Assembly (NCBI GenBank): GCA_965649825.1
Contig: OZ287697.1
Location: 496,001-560,000, forward strand
Origin: Penicillus capitatus
Taxonomy: Eukaryota; Plantae; Chlorophyta
Reading direction: 5' to 3'
DNA length: 64,000 nucleotides
In this document: positions 24,872 through 35,807 of the stretch, piece by piece
Layout: every line of letters begins with the position of its first letter
Position numbering within the stretch: position 1 is the stretch's first letter
Program-made: the position numbers and the translations under genes
Notes under the pieces: model-generated
Told to the model about the DNA's origin: nothing
The model's database searches: none
The model's input: the letters and a program-made list of their open reading frames with translations, nothing else

Positions 24872-25504
24872 ATGTGGCGGCTGTTCTTTTCTCCGCCGCG
24901 TCGTGTCTCTATGGCTCTGAACACAATTGAGCCCACGCTGGAGACGGGAGACGTGATGCTGTTCGCAACAACTGGCCCCGACGATTACTTGGCGAGATTA
25001 GGATCGTGGCATGCGTCATCTCAAAGCGGTTTTCTCATACGTCAGCGTCCTGGACTTGAAGGACTACAGCTATGCCACACTTGTCTCAATCAAGGACCGC
25101 AGATGGGAACGACACAGCTCATCTCGCTTTCTCAGTTTTTTAACGAGTCTATGTTCGATACCGTCATCATAAGAAAGCTCCGCGTTCCGCTCAGTAATGA
25201 CCAGAAACGTCAAGTCGCAGATTTTGCTCAAGAAAGTGTGGGAACAGAGTCGAGTCACAAAGTCACACTTCTCATGCAACGGATAGATATGCCACTACTC
25301 TGTGGATGTTGTCTTTTCTCATCACGATCGATCGAGCGATTCATTTGCTCCGAGCTCGTCGCCAAGATGCTGTTGAATCTGGAATTGGTTCGTGGGAAAA
25401 ATAACGAGTATACACCTGTCACATCATCGCGAGATGGTCGAAGGATTTGTGATTCAACACTTTACGAATCGTCCATTATTGTGCAGAGGGCCCAAAATGT
25501 GTGA
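24872..25504 (+). CDS. Permuted papain-like (NlpC/P60, YiiX/YebB-like) protein
   Basis: LETGDVMLF, TTQLISLSQF, VIIRKL, FICSELVA match the family pattern. The expected SHVG His reads SQSG. The start codon is uncertain (24872 or 24911). Confidence 0.65.
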   Translation: MWRLFFSPPRRVSMALNTIEPTLETGDVMLFATTGPDDYLARLGSWHASSQSGFLIRQRPGLEGLQLCHTCLNQGPQMGTTQLISLSQFFNESMFDTVIIRKLRVPLSNDQKRQVADFAQESVGTESSHKVTLLMQRIDMPLLCGCCLFSSRSIERFICSELVAKMLLNLELVRGKNNEYTPVTSSRDGRRICDSTLYESSIIVQRAQNV

Positions 25505-25592
25505 GCCATATATAATCAAAATCCCTTTCCCCCTCACTCAGGAATTATTTGCACATTGAGACAACATCTGTTGTGTAAAGGTCTGCCTGTCT

Positions 25593-25877
25593 CTATTTGA
25601 TCCAGGACAACTTCATGTCGTCTTCGTCGAAATCGTCTGGAAATTCGTTGAAGAAATCGTGGTCGACGAGAAGCTCCTTCTGAAGTTCTTTGGGGTCGTC
25701 GGCACCGCCAACACCGACGCTACGTCCTCCGAAATGCGATTTCTCTTGACCGGCTAAGAAATGGTCGATTTCGAATTTCGAGCCGCCGCCACTTCCGCCG
25801 CCATTCCATGCACGATGGTCCATTCCATCGTCTTCGTCCGAATGAACGTGTGCGCTCGTTCCAGGCGTTCGTGACAT
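25593..25877 (-). CDS. CSN9: COP9 signalosome subunit 9 (CSNAP/MYEOV2-like)
   Basis: Small acidic protein ending LVDHDFFNEFPDDFDEDDM, matching the CSNAP F/D-rich motif DFFNDFEDLFDDDD. Confidence 0.75.
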   Translation of the reverse strand: MSRTPGTSAHVHSDEDDGMDHRAWNGGGSGGGSKFEIDHFLAGQEKSHFGGRSVGVGGADDPKELQKELLVDHDFFNEFPDDFDEDDMKLSWIK

Positions 25878-25937
25878 TGTTAAACAAAATGCGTCGAATG
25901 AATAGACGGACGGTCTGCTAAACAATCGATAAGATAT

Positions 25938-27048
25938 TCATTGTTGGTGATGTTGAATGAACTGGACGACTTGATCACGCACCATCCAGACGATCGCCTG
26001 TCCAGGAGGAATACGCATCAGACGCGGAATCAGGCCTTTCCACAATGCCCGAAGGCCTTCCTCTCGTGGAATGGTCACAAGAGCATGGATCAGTCCACGA
26101 TAACGATGTGTCCCTGCCTTCTCTTGTGCCATCAGACGGGTCTTGACCACGTCGAAGGGACCGGTGAGCACCGGACCGAGGCATCCGGCGAACAGACCCG
26201 AAACGAGAGACTGCCAGGAAGCGAGTTTTTTCCCATCCCCTTCTCGGATGTCCCACAGATAATGATCCCATAACGGTTTGGTGAAGAAGAGGGACATCTG
26301 ATTCGTTCCATTGCGGAGAACGGTTGGCGATGCACCCTTCCATAAACCAAATACCCCTTCTTCTTTCACAATCAGACGAGCCGCATGGACAGGGCCCTAA
26401 ACAAGGCATCGATCAGCGCCGCCACAAAACGAGTACTCCCGATGCACTTTGTATTTGAGCATCTCCTTCTGGAGGCCCTTTTGTTTTTGAAGAGCGATTT
26501 TGATAACTTCAAATGGCGTCACGATGGCCAAAGCTTCGACAACACCAGCTCCCATCCCAGCCCCCAATCGACCAAAATGCGAAAGAGATCCATCTCGGGA
26601 TCGAAACATGTCTTCGAACATGGCGTTCGATCCAAATCGAATGGCATATTTACAGAACAGATGTGTGGCAAACGGCGTCAGGCCTTTCCATAGAGCACGT
26701 ATCCCTTCTTCGTGCGCCACTGTCTGGAAACAATGCCGAATTCCTTAACAGAGACGCGTCGTCTCGCGGTCCCTCTCGAGTTCTGATGTGACCTTTGTAT
26801 TTTCCTGTATGATCCAATTGTATTCGGGTTTTAACCACGTCAATAGGTTGTAGGCAACATGCCTCGACGGCTCCACCAATGGAACCTATGTGGGAGGGAG
26901 GGTCACATGCTATGAGGTTGTTGGTGTCATGATGACCTCCGAGGGCTTTGGCAACGGTGGACGGAATACGGGACCATATCCAATGCTTATGGGCAATGAG
27001 AGACGCAGGTGTCGCGTCTGATGTCTTCTGCGTGAAGGTCGTCGTCAT
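25938..27048 (-). CDS. SFC1: Mitochondrial carrier, succinate/fumarate transporter
   Basis: Three carrier repeats (LQPIDVVKTRIQL, VTPFEVIKIALQ, TGPFDVVKTRLM) and the SFC1-typical LWKGLTPFATHL..KYAIRFGSN. Confidence 0.9.
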
Positions 27049-27727
27049 GCAACGCCCGTCGAGACGTCACGTTGTTCAATATTCTGTCAAGCGAGAAACT
27101 GCCGGAATCGCGACGGAAACGACCTCCGAAATCGCTCGCGACAGAGGAATGCGTTCACAGCGACAACGACAGAAATAATGATCAAGAATACACGATGATG
27201 CGACAGACACTGTTTGTTTTCCATGTGGCAAAACACCCAAGACTTACACAGCATCTTACAGCTCAGCAGAGATCTTGTCTCCTGCGCTCTGCCACATAAG
27301 AATCTGTCTGGGCTAAGAAAATGCATCAGATAATGGCGCCATTCTCCACCAGCTGATGTACCCTGGTGAAAATTCCTCATGCTCTCTCCACGCAAGGGCA
27401 GTTGCGAAGAGTTCTATACAAGATTCGCAACAATGTGCTGTTCGAGTTGAGCTCAGATGCTCGTTGCAAGAAGGGTAACGGTGTTCCTTGTGAAGAAGAG
27501 AAGTGTCGTGCTGAATAGAGTCGATATGTGTGTGCAGCATGACGACGCCATCGATGATGGATCTATCCACGGCATCCTCCATTTCTGTTCGATTGATCAT
27601 AACCAGCAGCTCAGATGATTCGTCTGCAAGAATATGCACGGCAGCGGATTGTGAAAGATGCCACCCAGATCCGTCAGTGCCTCTCGAATTCGATGACTCT
27701 TTGACGTCTCCTATCGTCGTATCGAAC

Positions 27728-29177
27728 ATGCAAACACCGAATTCACCTTCGATCGTTCTGACGCCGATAAGTGAAGAATCCGAAAAAGTCGTGATCTATT
27801 TGCGTGTCCCTTGGCCTCGCCCCTTCCTTCGACACTCGATCAAGGGCGGTGTGTGGCAACAAGTCCCCTTCCAGCAAGTAACCAACCCTGTTCCGCTGTC
27901 GAGAAGGCGTCGGGAGCGTTCTCCAGATACGCGACAGCGGTTGGCATGTACTGACGGTCGACATAGACGGCGAAGAAAACACCCAATCCAAAACGATCCC
28001 CCTTCTGGCATTCGCCATCACAGACCAAAATGGTTCATGGCAAAGACCCATGAGCGGTGCAGCCTCCGTTTCCAAGTGTGGTCGCGCCGTCTATATTCTC
28101 TTTGTGGCAGGGGGCAATTACACCATCAACTCCTCTGGATCCTATTCGATTGAAGGAGGCATGATAATATCCCTTCATTTGAAGCCATTGATGCTGGTCA
28201 GCGATTTGGATGGCACCATGGTCGGTGATGATGTCGCAACGATGGCATTCCGACGCTTCTGGAGGAGACACAAAGCAGTAACGGATTCCGTTCTTGTTTA
28301 CAACACTGGCAGGTTATGCACTGTCTCTATGCGTTGCAGCTTCTTGAGTGCTGCTGTCACTTCAGGAGCTTAGCGTCCTTTCTTCGACTACTTGACAAGA
28401 AAATGAACTGCCTTGACATTCCAGATGCTCTTGTCTGTGCTGTTGGAACCAAGATTTATTCGTATCGTCTTGGAGAATGGTTGGAGGATAAGGCTTGGAC
28501 ACAGCAGCTCACCGAGGCATGGGATCTCAAAACGGTTCAAGATGCAACGCGGAACGTCCTCGAGTCAGCAGGATCTGAAAACCTGTGCTTTAGGTATGAC
28601 GGTACCATCTCTGTGTGATCTTTTAGGCAATACTCCGTTCTGTAGGTCGACAGCAGAGCAGAATGAACACAAAGTCACCTGCAACGTCAAGAAGACGATA
28701 TTGAACAGTGTGGTGCAACACATACGGGAGAACTTGGATGCGCTTCATGTTCAAGCAAATTTCATTTCCAGTGGCGTCGGGGAATGGAGGTGTGCACAGA
28801 TAGATGGCGATGTTTCACTGTAATTGGCTGAGTTTATGTCAACAGGGTTCTTGACATTGTTTCCAAGAACGCTGGCAAGCTCGAAGCCCTGGAACATATC
28901 CGAAGGAAGTACAACTTCGAACATGGACAGACGGTGGCATGTGGAGACTCTGGAAACGACATTCTGATGCTCTCAGGTCGTATAAGAGGACTAGTTGTAC
29001 ACCTAATCCTTCGGTTCTTTAGGGCAGAATCTGGCCATCGTCGTTGGCAACGCCCAGTCTGATTTGTTGGAGTGGGTGAAAGCGGAACAGCAAGATGCCG
29101 ACGAACGGCTGTATCTCACTAAGCGACATAAGGCCTACGGAATTCTGGAAGGATTGAAGAGATTTGGATTCTATTGA
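27728..29177 (+). CDS. SPP: Sucrose-phosphate phosphatase (HAD-IIB) with an N-terminal CBM25/26-like domain
   Basis: HAD motif I LVSDLDGTM, VYNTGRS, CAVGTKIY, GKLEAL, GDSGND. N-terminal VVIY...W..P.LRHS..GG.W...FAITD..G.W..P..GGNYTI. Six short introns. Confidence 0.92.
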
Positions 29178-29312
29178 GAGAATTGAAGCAATGTCGTTCT
29201 CGTGATTCAGAAGGTCACTCCGAAGACAGTGCAGAGGAAGTACATCGTTTTGTTTTCCCAACGCACTGTCTGGTTACCGTCTGTCGAATTATCTAAACAG
29301 CAAGACATTCCA
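28777..29312. repeat. Direct duplicate of window positions 1-534 (SPP 3' end plus Tctex1 last exon)
   Basis: Colinear with 1-534 (offset about 28776). Confidence 0.95.
29207..29312 (-). pseudogene. Tctex1 last-exon fragment
   Basis: SGMSCCLDNSTDGNQTVRWENKTMYFLCTVFGVTF*. Homology stops at about 29312 and the upstream exons are absent. The conserved YW reads CL. Confidence 0.85.
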
Positions 29313-29669
29313 CTTTGTAGAGAGACATGCTCTGCTTCCACATTACCACACTTGCCTCTCTCGCCACTGAAGAAACCTGCGTGGCAAATCAATTAAGGCG
29401 CCGAAGCCATCGAAAATTATAAATGCAGCAGAATTTTGGTCGGAGATGGATCTTTGATAGCTTCTTCGATCGATTGTATTTCGAGGTTCGCTTCGTAACG
29501 AAAGTCGTGACACAATTCATCGACTCTTAAACAACACAACGGATCTTCTTTTGCTGTACTTTTGGCCTTTTATAAACTGATCTTCATCATTTTCTACTGA
29601 CGGCCGCATCTCCTCGCCTCTTTGTGCAAGGCAGGTAGCATGTGATTCTACTGAAGGGATGAAAGGATG

Positions 29670-30143
29670 TTACACTGCTATATTCAAAGTGAGCAGCTGT
29701 AGGGATCTCCGTTTCAGATCGAAGACACTTTGACGGTGTGTATATTCTATCCAGTCGTTGTTTCTAGTCTCCTTTTCGCTCGTAGACTTCTCCATGGCGC
29801 ACGATTTCGGTGGACTATCGGAAAATACCATGCGGATAAGGATGAATAAGGACTGACTGGTACACTCACCCCCGCGATTCTGTCCATACATCTTCGTTTC
29901 CTCTCACGTCGAACGCCACGATCACTGTCTGTCTTCTCCGCGTAATCCAATAGCACAGAATCCGTTTTGTCTTCCTTTGATTCCTTATGCGATGTACAGA
30001 GGCGCGCTTTCGAGACTCACACACAGGACGGCATCGCCCTCCACCTTGTCGCCGTCCCGATCTCCTTTCTTTCTATCCTCGTTGTTTATCATCATAGCCT
30101 TCGGATGGTCTGGTGGCGGGGATTGGGAGTCTGAAGGTGACAT
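29670..30143 (-). CDS. Hypothetical small hydrophilic protein (3' end uncertain)
   Basis: MSPSDSQSPPPDHPK...DGDK/ESKEDKTDSVLLDYAEK...RRERKRRCMDRIAG, joined by intron-like GT-AG segments. No recognised domain. Confidence 0.35.
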
Positions 30144-30328
30144 GAAGCCAAAACGGGCGATTTTGCACCTTATGCTGGTGTCGACATGACGCGCTGAATG
30201 GCATTGCGGTTAATGGTCCTGATGACGAGCCAAGGGTGATGACTTCTCGCAGCGGCATCTCTTCCACGCGTTATAAACGTCACTCGGCCGACAGTGACGC
30301 TCTTCTGACAAAAAGACTACGTTTTACG

Positions 30329-32215
30329 ATGGCAGAAAATGGCAGTACCTCTGCCCAACCGCACTTGGACGTATCGGACCCGGACTTCGACCCTCCCCGA
30401 CTTGGCGAACGCAACTGGATTGACCGGGCGGAATATCTCCGTCTCATCACCCAGTCATTGAATGACTTGGGCTACGCGCGACTCGCGACGGAACTCGAGA
30501 TGGAGTCCAACGTTCGACACGAAGAACAAAATGTTGTCGAACTGCGTTTGGCTGTCTTCCATGGTGACTGGGACAAAGCTCTGGACCTGCTTGAGAACGT
30601 TCAGCTCGATTGTGACGTTGATAGACGACGTGCTCGGTTCCTTTTGCTTGAAGAGAAGTTTTTAGAAGTGCATCTCCACGATGCATCCGTCCATGCCACG
30701 AGATGTTTGCCTTCTTAGTCCGTGGAAAAGAGAGAATGGAAAACGGCATTGAGCTATCTGCGATTGGAAATGGCTCCATTGAACGTCAATACAGAGCGTC
30801 TGCATGTGCTAGCTTCTTGTCTCCTGTGCCCGACTGTTGAAGATTTAAAAGGCGTGGCTCAGTGGGATGGCCCGACAGAAGCGACAAGAGACAAAGTGCT
30901 GCAACGTCTGCAGGTAAGGAGACGTTGAAGAAAGGCATGACCTCACGAGTGCCGATCTCAATGCAGGGCATCGTGCCAGCTCATGTGATGCTGCCTCAGA
31001 GACGTTTACTAGGATTACTGGAGCAGGCCATACAGGCACAAATGGAGAACTGTGTATTTCATAACTCCGCTCACGCAACGCCTTCGCTCTTTGTGGACTA
31101 CGCTGTGGGAATGGAACAGATACCGACGGAAGTGATCCATGAGTTATGTGATCACATGGACGAAGTGTGGCACGTTCAGTTCAGCCATGATGGCAAATCC
31201 TTGGCCTCATGTTCACAAGACGGTGTGAGCATCATCTGGGAAGTCAGAATATCACCCAGAACCCTTGCATCTCTCAATCTCTCTTTCAGGTGCGGAGTCG
31301 CGAAGTGATTACGAAGAAACTGGAGCTGAGTGGCCACGAAGGAGCGGTGATGTATTTAGCATGGAGTCCAGATGACAAATACTTGGCGACGACCAGTGAG
31401 AAACACATCGTCTGTAAAACAAAAACGTGTGAGGGTTCTCAGGCCAGGATTCCACTTTGAGAGTATGGGATACCAACACGGGTGAGTGTTTTCGGATCAT
31501 CTCGGATCATGCGGATCACGTGACATCCATGGGTTGGATGCCGGACAGCAAGCGGTTTATCAGCGGATCCAGAGATCAGACACTGGTGTGCCATTTCATG
31601 TGAAGAACAAACAAACCCTGAGAGAGTGATGTGCAGCATATGTGGAATCTGGAGGGCAAGAAGTTGAGAACTTGGACAATGTCTCGAGTTCAAGATCTCG
31701 TTGTATCGAAGGCTGGCGATCGATTGATTGCCGTGGGGAGCGACAAGAAGATCAAGATGTTTGATTTGGGAGGTTCAGAGAAGACAGCCTCTATTGACTG
31801 CGACACGTCTGTCAGTGCTATCACGCTATCGAACGATGGACTTAAGCTCTTGGCCAGTACCCAGAGTCGCGAGATTCATCTGTGGGAACTCAATCCTGAT
31901 CTGAATGGTCCTCAGCCAGAACAACCGAAGAAACGTTACAAGCTTCCGTACCTTGTCACTGAAGATCAGAAATACATCATTCGGACGTGTTTCGGTGGAC
32001 ACAATGAAGCCTTTGTGTTGAGCGGATCAGAAGAGTGCAAAGTTTATATGTGGCACAGACGATCTGAGAAACTGGTTGCGTCATTGGAGGGGCATTCAGG
32101 ACTGGTGAATTCCGTGAGCTGGAATCCGGTTGACCCTTTCATGTTTGCCTCAGCAAGCGATGACAAATCCGTTCAGATTTGGATGACGAAAGCTAAAACG
32201 AATACTCAGTGGTGA
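30329..32215 (+). CDS. WDR26: LisH/CTLH + WD40 protein, WDR26/GID7 homolog
   Basis: IDRAEYLRLITQSLNDLGY (LisH), GDWDKALDLL (CTLH), FLLLEEKFLE, LPQRRLLGLLEQA, then WD40 repeats ending HSGLVNSVSWNPVDPFMFASASDDKSVQIW. Confidence 0.93.
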
Positions 32216-33076
32216 CCCATAAGGCTACTATACATTGTGTAGCTTCTCTTGTGCTCTACATTCCATGTTTGAGAAAAACACATGCTGATACTATCGTCCG
32301 TTCAAAAGTTACGTGTTTGAGGATGGTGCTGTGATATGGCGAAGCGAGATTTATAATCGCGAGCGCTATTCTTCGATACTCTGTTCTTCGGAACATTTCT
32401 GCTGCTTGAAATCTCTGTGGTGGATCGGCAGATTGGTCTTCAGAAGATAAAATCGATATACAGTGATGATTCTATGGTGCAATGACGATGGTGAACCGAT
32501 CGCGCGTGAAGTCGAAATCCGTTGGACCTGCATCTAATAACGCAATCTACGTGGATATGCGCTATGCCGGGCAAGTGAACTGGTGCAGCGAACAACGGAG
32601 CTATCTCCGGCCGTGCTTATCAAGTCGATCCTATAATTAGGTCGAAGTTGGTGCAATCCCTGGCCATCGGAGAAATGGCAATAGCAACATCAACCTTGTG
32701 GCGCCGCCTTGAATTTTGAAAACGAGGATTCCGATCACTTTTGCGAGAAAGAAGTAGCGGTGCACAGAAAAAAAAAACTTCGACGACCCGCCATCATGCG
32801 ACTCGAGATATACTGTCCTTTACCTCACGTATAGTTGAAGCTGGTAACCAAAGGATTCACTTGAACACTTCATGAGCAGGACGGGCGCTCTTAGAAATAC
32901 AGATCGCTATACGAGCGCGTACACTAGCTCAAATGTAGTCGAGAACGACTTGGGAACAAAGCAAGACGTAAGGTGGATTCAATAAAAGATTCAACATACC
33001 AACTTTGAGATTTCTCAACTTACGTCGCGTTTTTACTCAGTTTTCGTCGGCTTAAGGGGTCAAAGGTGAAAAGGAC

Positions 33077-33287
33077 AAAAGTTTTTGTCCGGGTGGTGAT
33101 GACCCTATCGTCGGCCCCCGAACTCAGCGCGACGTTGTCCTTTCCCCGCCGTAACCCATCCAACTCGGCGCGGGCTCGCCAGACTCAACCGGGTCAACTC
33201 TGATGGGACACCCTCCTCTGAGTCCGGCGCAGGAATCGAACCCCCGCGGTCGTACTTCTCGAACTGGTCCAACTGCACCATCCGCAT
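33077..33287 (-). ncRNA. Putative Pol III unit (tRNA-derived SINE-like), about 210 nt; second copy at about 38462-38672
   Basis: A box TGGTGCAGTTGG (33269-33280), B box GGTTCGATTCC (33232-33242), and the first T4 run at 33077-33080 inside the hairpin GGACAAAAACTTTTGTCC. No complete cloverleaf. Confidence 0.45.
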
Positions 33288-33381
33288 TCGGGTCGATCCC
33301 CACAGTCGAGAAGACGCCGTCGCCAACTTATGCGCACCCCTGACGACTCTCCCGAGCACTTCCTGACGACTTTGCGGCCGT

Positions 33382-34194
33382 TGTCGTGTTCGTTGACGGA
33401 CAACGGGTTGACGACGAAGGCGTATAGCTTACAAAGACTATTTGTACAATGATTGTAAGAATTTATATAATCCTTTGGACAGCTGCACGAAGGTGGACAG
33501 CTGTCCACTGACATGTGCCCACCCCCTTTCCGTTGTGCAGACTCCGAATAATGCGAACGGAACACATTTCACGATAGTCGGGATGTCATCAGGCTGGCCA
33601 GGAGTCGAACCAGGGCCATCGTCACGTGGCTTCTCCCTCTGCGGCCCATTCGCCGCAGCTTTGTAGCTCTTACGTCTCTGAGACTTCAGCGCCGACTCTG
33701 GAAATTCGAACCGTACTTCACAGCGACAACACGTCCGTGGTGACCCAAATAGAAAACGTAAACACGGACAAAGTAACAACGAACGTAAACACAACAATGC
33801 GCAACAGCACGCTTATCGCAGCGTGAAACTGAAACGCAGCAACTCGGACGGTGGAACTGAAACACAACAACTCGGACGGTGGAACTGAAACTTAGCAGCT
33901 CGGACGGTGGAAGGTGGAACTGAAACACAGCAGCTCGGACGATGGAACGAACTACAGACTGCAGGTGGTAGGTAAAACGCTGTCACAACGGTCGTGTCTT
34001 GGAAAGTCTTCAGTCTTCGATGACGGGATTCTATCGCCGGAATCTTTGTCGCTCCGAAACCATGTCGTGTTCGTTGACGGACAACGGGTTGACGACGAAG
34101 GCGTATAGCTTACAAAGACTATTTGTACAATGATTGTAAGAATTTATATAATCCTTTGGACAGCTGCACGAAGGTGGACAGCTGTCCACTGACA
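33382..34194 (-). mobile_element. Non-autonomous miniature LTR retrotransposon (TRIM), 813 bp
   Basis: Identical 132-bp LTRs (33382-33513, 34063-34194) with TGTC...GACA ends. PBS-like TGGTTTCGGAGC (34051-34062), PPT GGAAAGGGGGTGGG (about 33518-33531), and TSD CCGT (33378-81, 34195-98). Empty site at 38763-38766. Confidence 0.95.
33827..33947. repeat. 28-bp tandem repeat, 4 copies, inside the TRIM
   Basis: AACTGAAAC(N5)A(A/G)CTCGGACGGTGG units start at 33827, 33855, 33883 and 33918; the third unit is lengthened by a 7-bp duplication. Confidence 0.93.
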
Positions 34195-34819
34195 CCGTCC
34201 ACCGTGTGCCCGTGACGACTTCACCGACGACTCCCTGACGACTTTGTCCACCGGTCTACTGTGTGCCCGTGACGACTCTCCCGACCACTTCGCCGACGAC
34301 TTTGTCGGCCGCCCACCGCGCGCCCGTGACGACTTCGCCGACGACTACTTTACGACCTTTGTGACAACACGAAAGGCGTAGAGATTGTGAGGAAAGCTAT
34401 AATGAGACCCTTCTCATTGTTACTCTGCATTGGTATTTTTTACAATTAGCATTCTTGTCATTTCTATGTCGATCTATGTGTGTGCATGATGCTCTGGATG
34501 CAAAAGAAAATCATCCACTGTAAGTGAAGAGCAGCGATGTCCATGACTCATTCTTTCTTCGCTTAACCTGCGAAGTTCCTTCTTGCGGAAGAGGGGTCAT
34601 GCGAAGGAGGTTCAAACCAAGTACGATTTCCGTCTACGATCGATAGATCAAAAAAAGTCCTCGAGATAAACTCATTTGATCAAGATTTTCCCGGAAAACC
34701 ATTAACCGCTACTTCTAACGATGTATCTATGCTCACATCCGACGACGTCTTAGGCACGTTAAAGAGATAGATCTCTGCGAAAAAGATTCGACATCGCAAA
34801 AATCATTTTCTTGCACTGT

Positions 34820-35807
34820 TCACAGTTCCACCATTTTGCTGCGATTCTTATCGACCGCAGCTTTGCGGCCAGCGTCATCTTCCACCATTTCCTGCTCATT
34901 ACATTGTCTCTTCGGATGTACAACTGACAGACAATGATAGGTACCTTCCTCATAGCGCCTTCAGGAACATCGATGCCTTTCCGCGTTGCCTCTCTTGCGT
35001 AGATGCGTTTCATCCAGTCCTGCGCATTGACAGATGGCCACGTCAATGACAATCTCCTCTCACAACGGTCACTTTGATTGAGGGAAACTCGTCGACGTCG
35101 ATGGCAGCGTGATCGGCATACAGCACCCAGCAGAAATTGGCGATATCTGCTAGAGTAAATTGATCTCCTGCCAAATACTCGTGATCTTTCAAGCGGCTCT
35201 CCAGTACGCCCAAGAGACGTTTGCTCTCATCGTGAAAGCGCTTCTGTCCGTATGGCACCGGTTCGGGTGCTGCGTGTATGAAGTGGTTTGTTTGTCCCAT
35301 CATGGGACCCACTCCTCCCATCTGAAACATCAGCCACTGGATCACTTCGTATCGCGCATTTCCCTCTTTGGGCAGTAGAGATCCGTCACCGTAGCGTTCT
35401 GCCAAATACATCATAATGGCACCGCTTTCGAAGACAGACAGATTTCCATTGCTATGGTCCACTGCGGCAACATGGTTTGGAAGGAAGTAGACACGAACCG
35501 ACTCGCACCTATGGCAGGAATGCGGCCGTTGGGGTTGATTTTGAGAAACCAGTCCTGCTTCTGCTCCTTCTCGCCGAGTTTCATATTGTACACGTCGTAC
35601 TTGATCCCGAGTTCTTCAAGAGTGACGGAGGCTTTAAAACCATTCGGCCTGGGTGCGCTGTAGAGAGTGATAGGCGCCGCATGTGCTGTAGGCAAGATCA
35701 TCAGTTTTACGGTGTTGGCAATCGGTCGTGGCAAGAGGCTATGAGACTTGATGCGACGCCTTAAACGAGAACGAGAATGACTAGCTCTAAGGAACTCACC
35801 TCGACAT
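34820..35807 (-). CDS. Glutathione S-transferase, Ure2p/YfcG (Nu)-like class
   Basis: ITLYSAPRPNGFKASVTLEELG, INPNGRIPAI, VFESGAIMMYLAE, WLMFQMGGVGPMMGQ, YLAGDQFTLADIA. Start and last exon are approximate. Confidence 0.92.

Larger units (their letters stand above)
33072..34345. repeat. Host repeat copy 1 (about 460 bp net), interrupted by the TRIM at 33382-34194
   Basis: 33072-33381 matches 38457-38766 with 1 mismatch in 310 bp. The match resumes at 34195 and continues into degenerate GACGAC-rich subrepeats. Confidence 0.95.

Noticed and set aside
27313-27729. 138-aa minus-strand ORF with Cys/His residues
   Set aside because: Its ATG overlaps the SPP ATG (CATG palindrome), it has no recognisable domain, and it probably lies in the SFC1/SPP promoter and UTR space.
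33105-33359. Minus-strand ORFs in the repeat copies (also 38490-38792) and Pro/Thr-rich readings of the GACGAC subrepeats
   Set aside because: No ATG-initiated domain, and stops or frame changes between subrepeats. Better explained as a non-coding repeat.
33827-33947. 28-bp repeats considered as a CRISPR-like array
   Set aside because: The units are contiguous with no unique spacers, there are no cas genes, and the context is eukaryotic and inside a TRIM.
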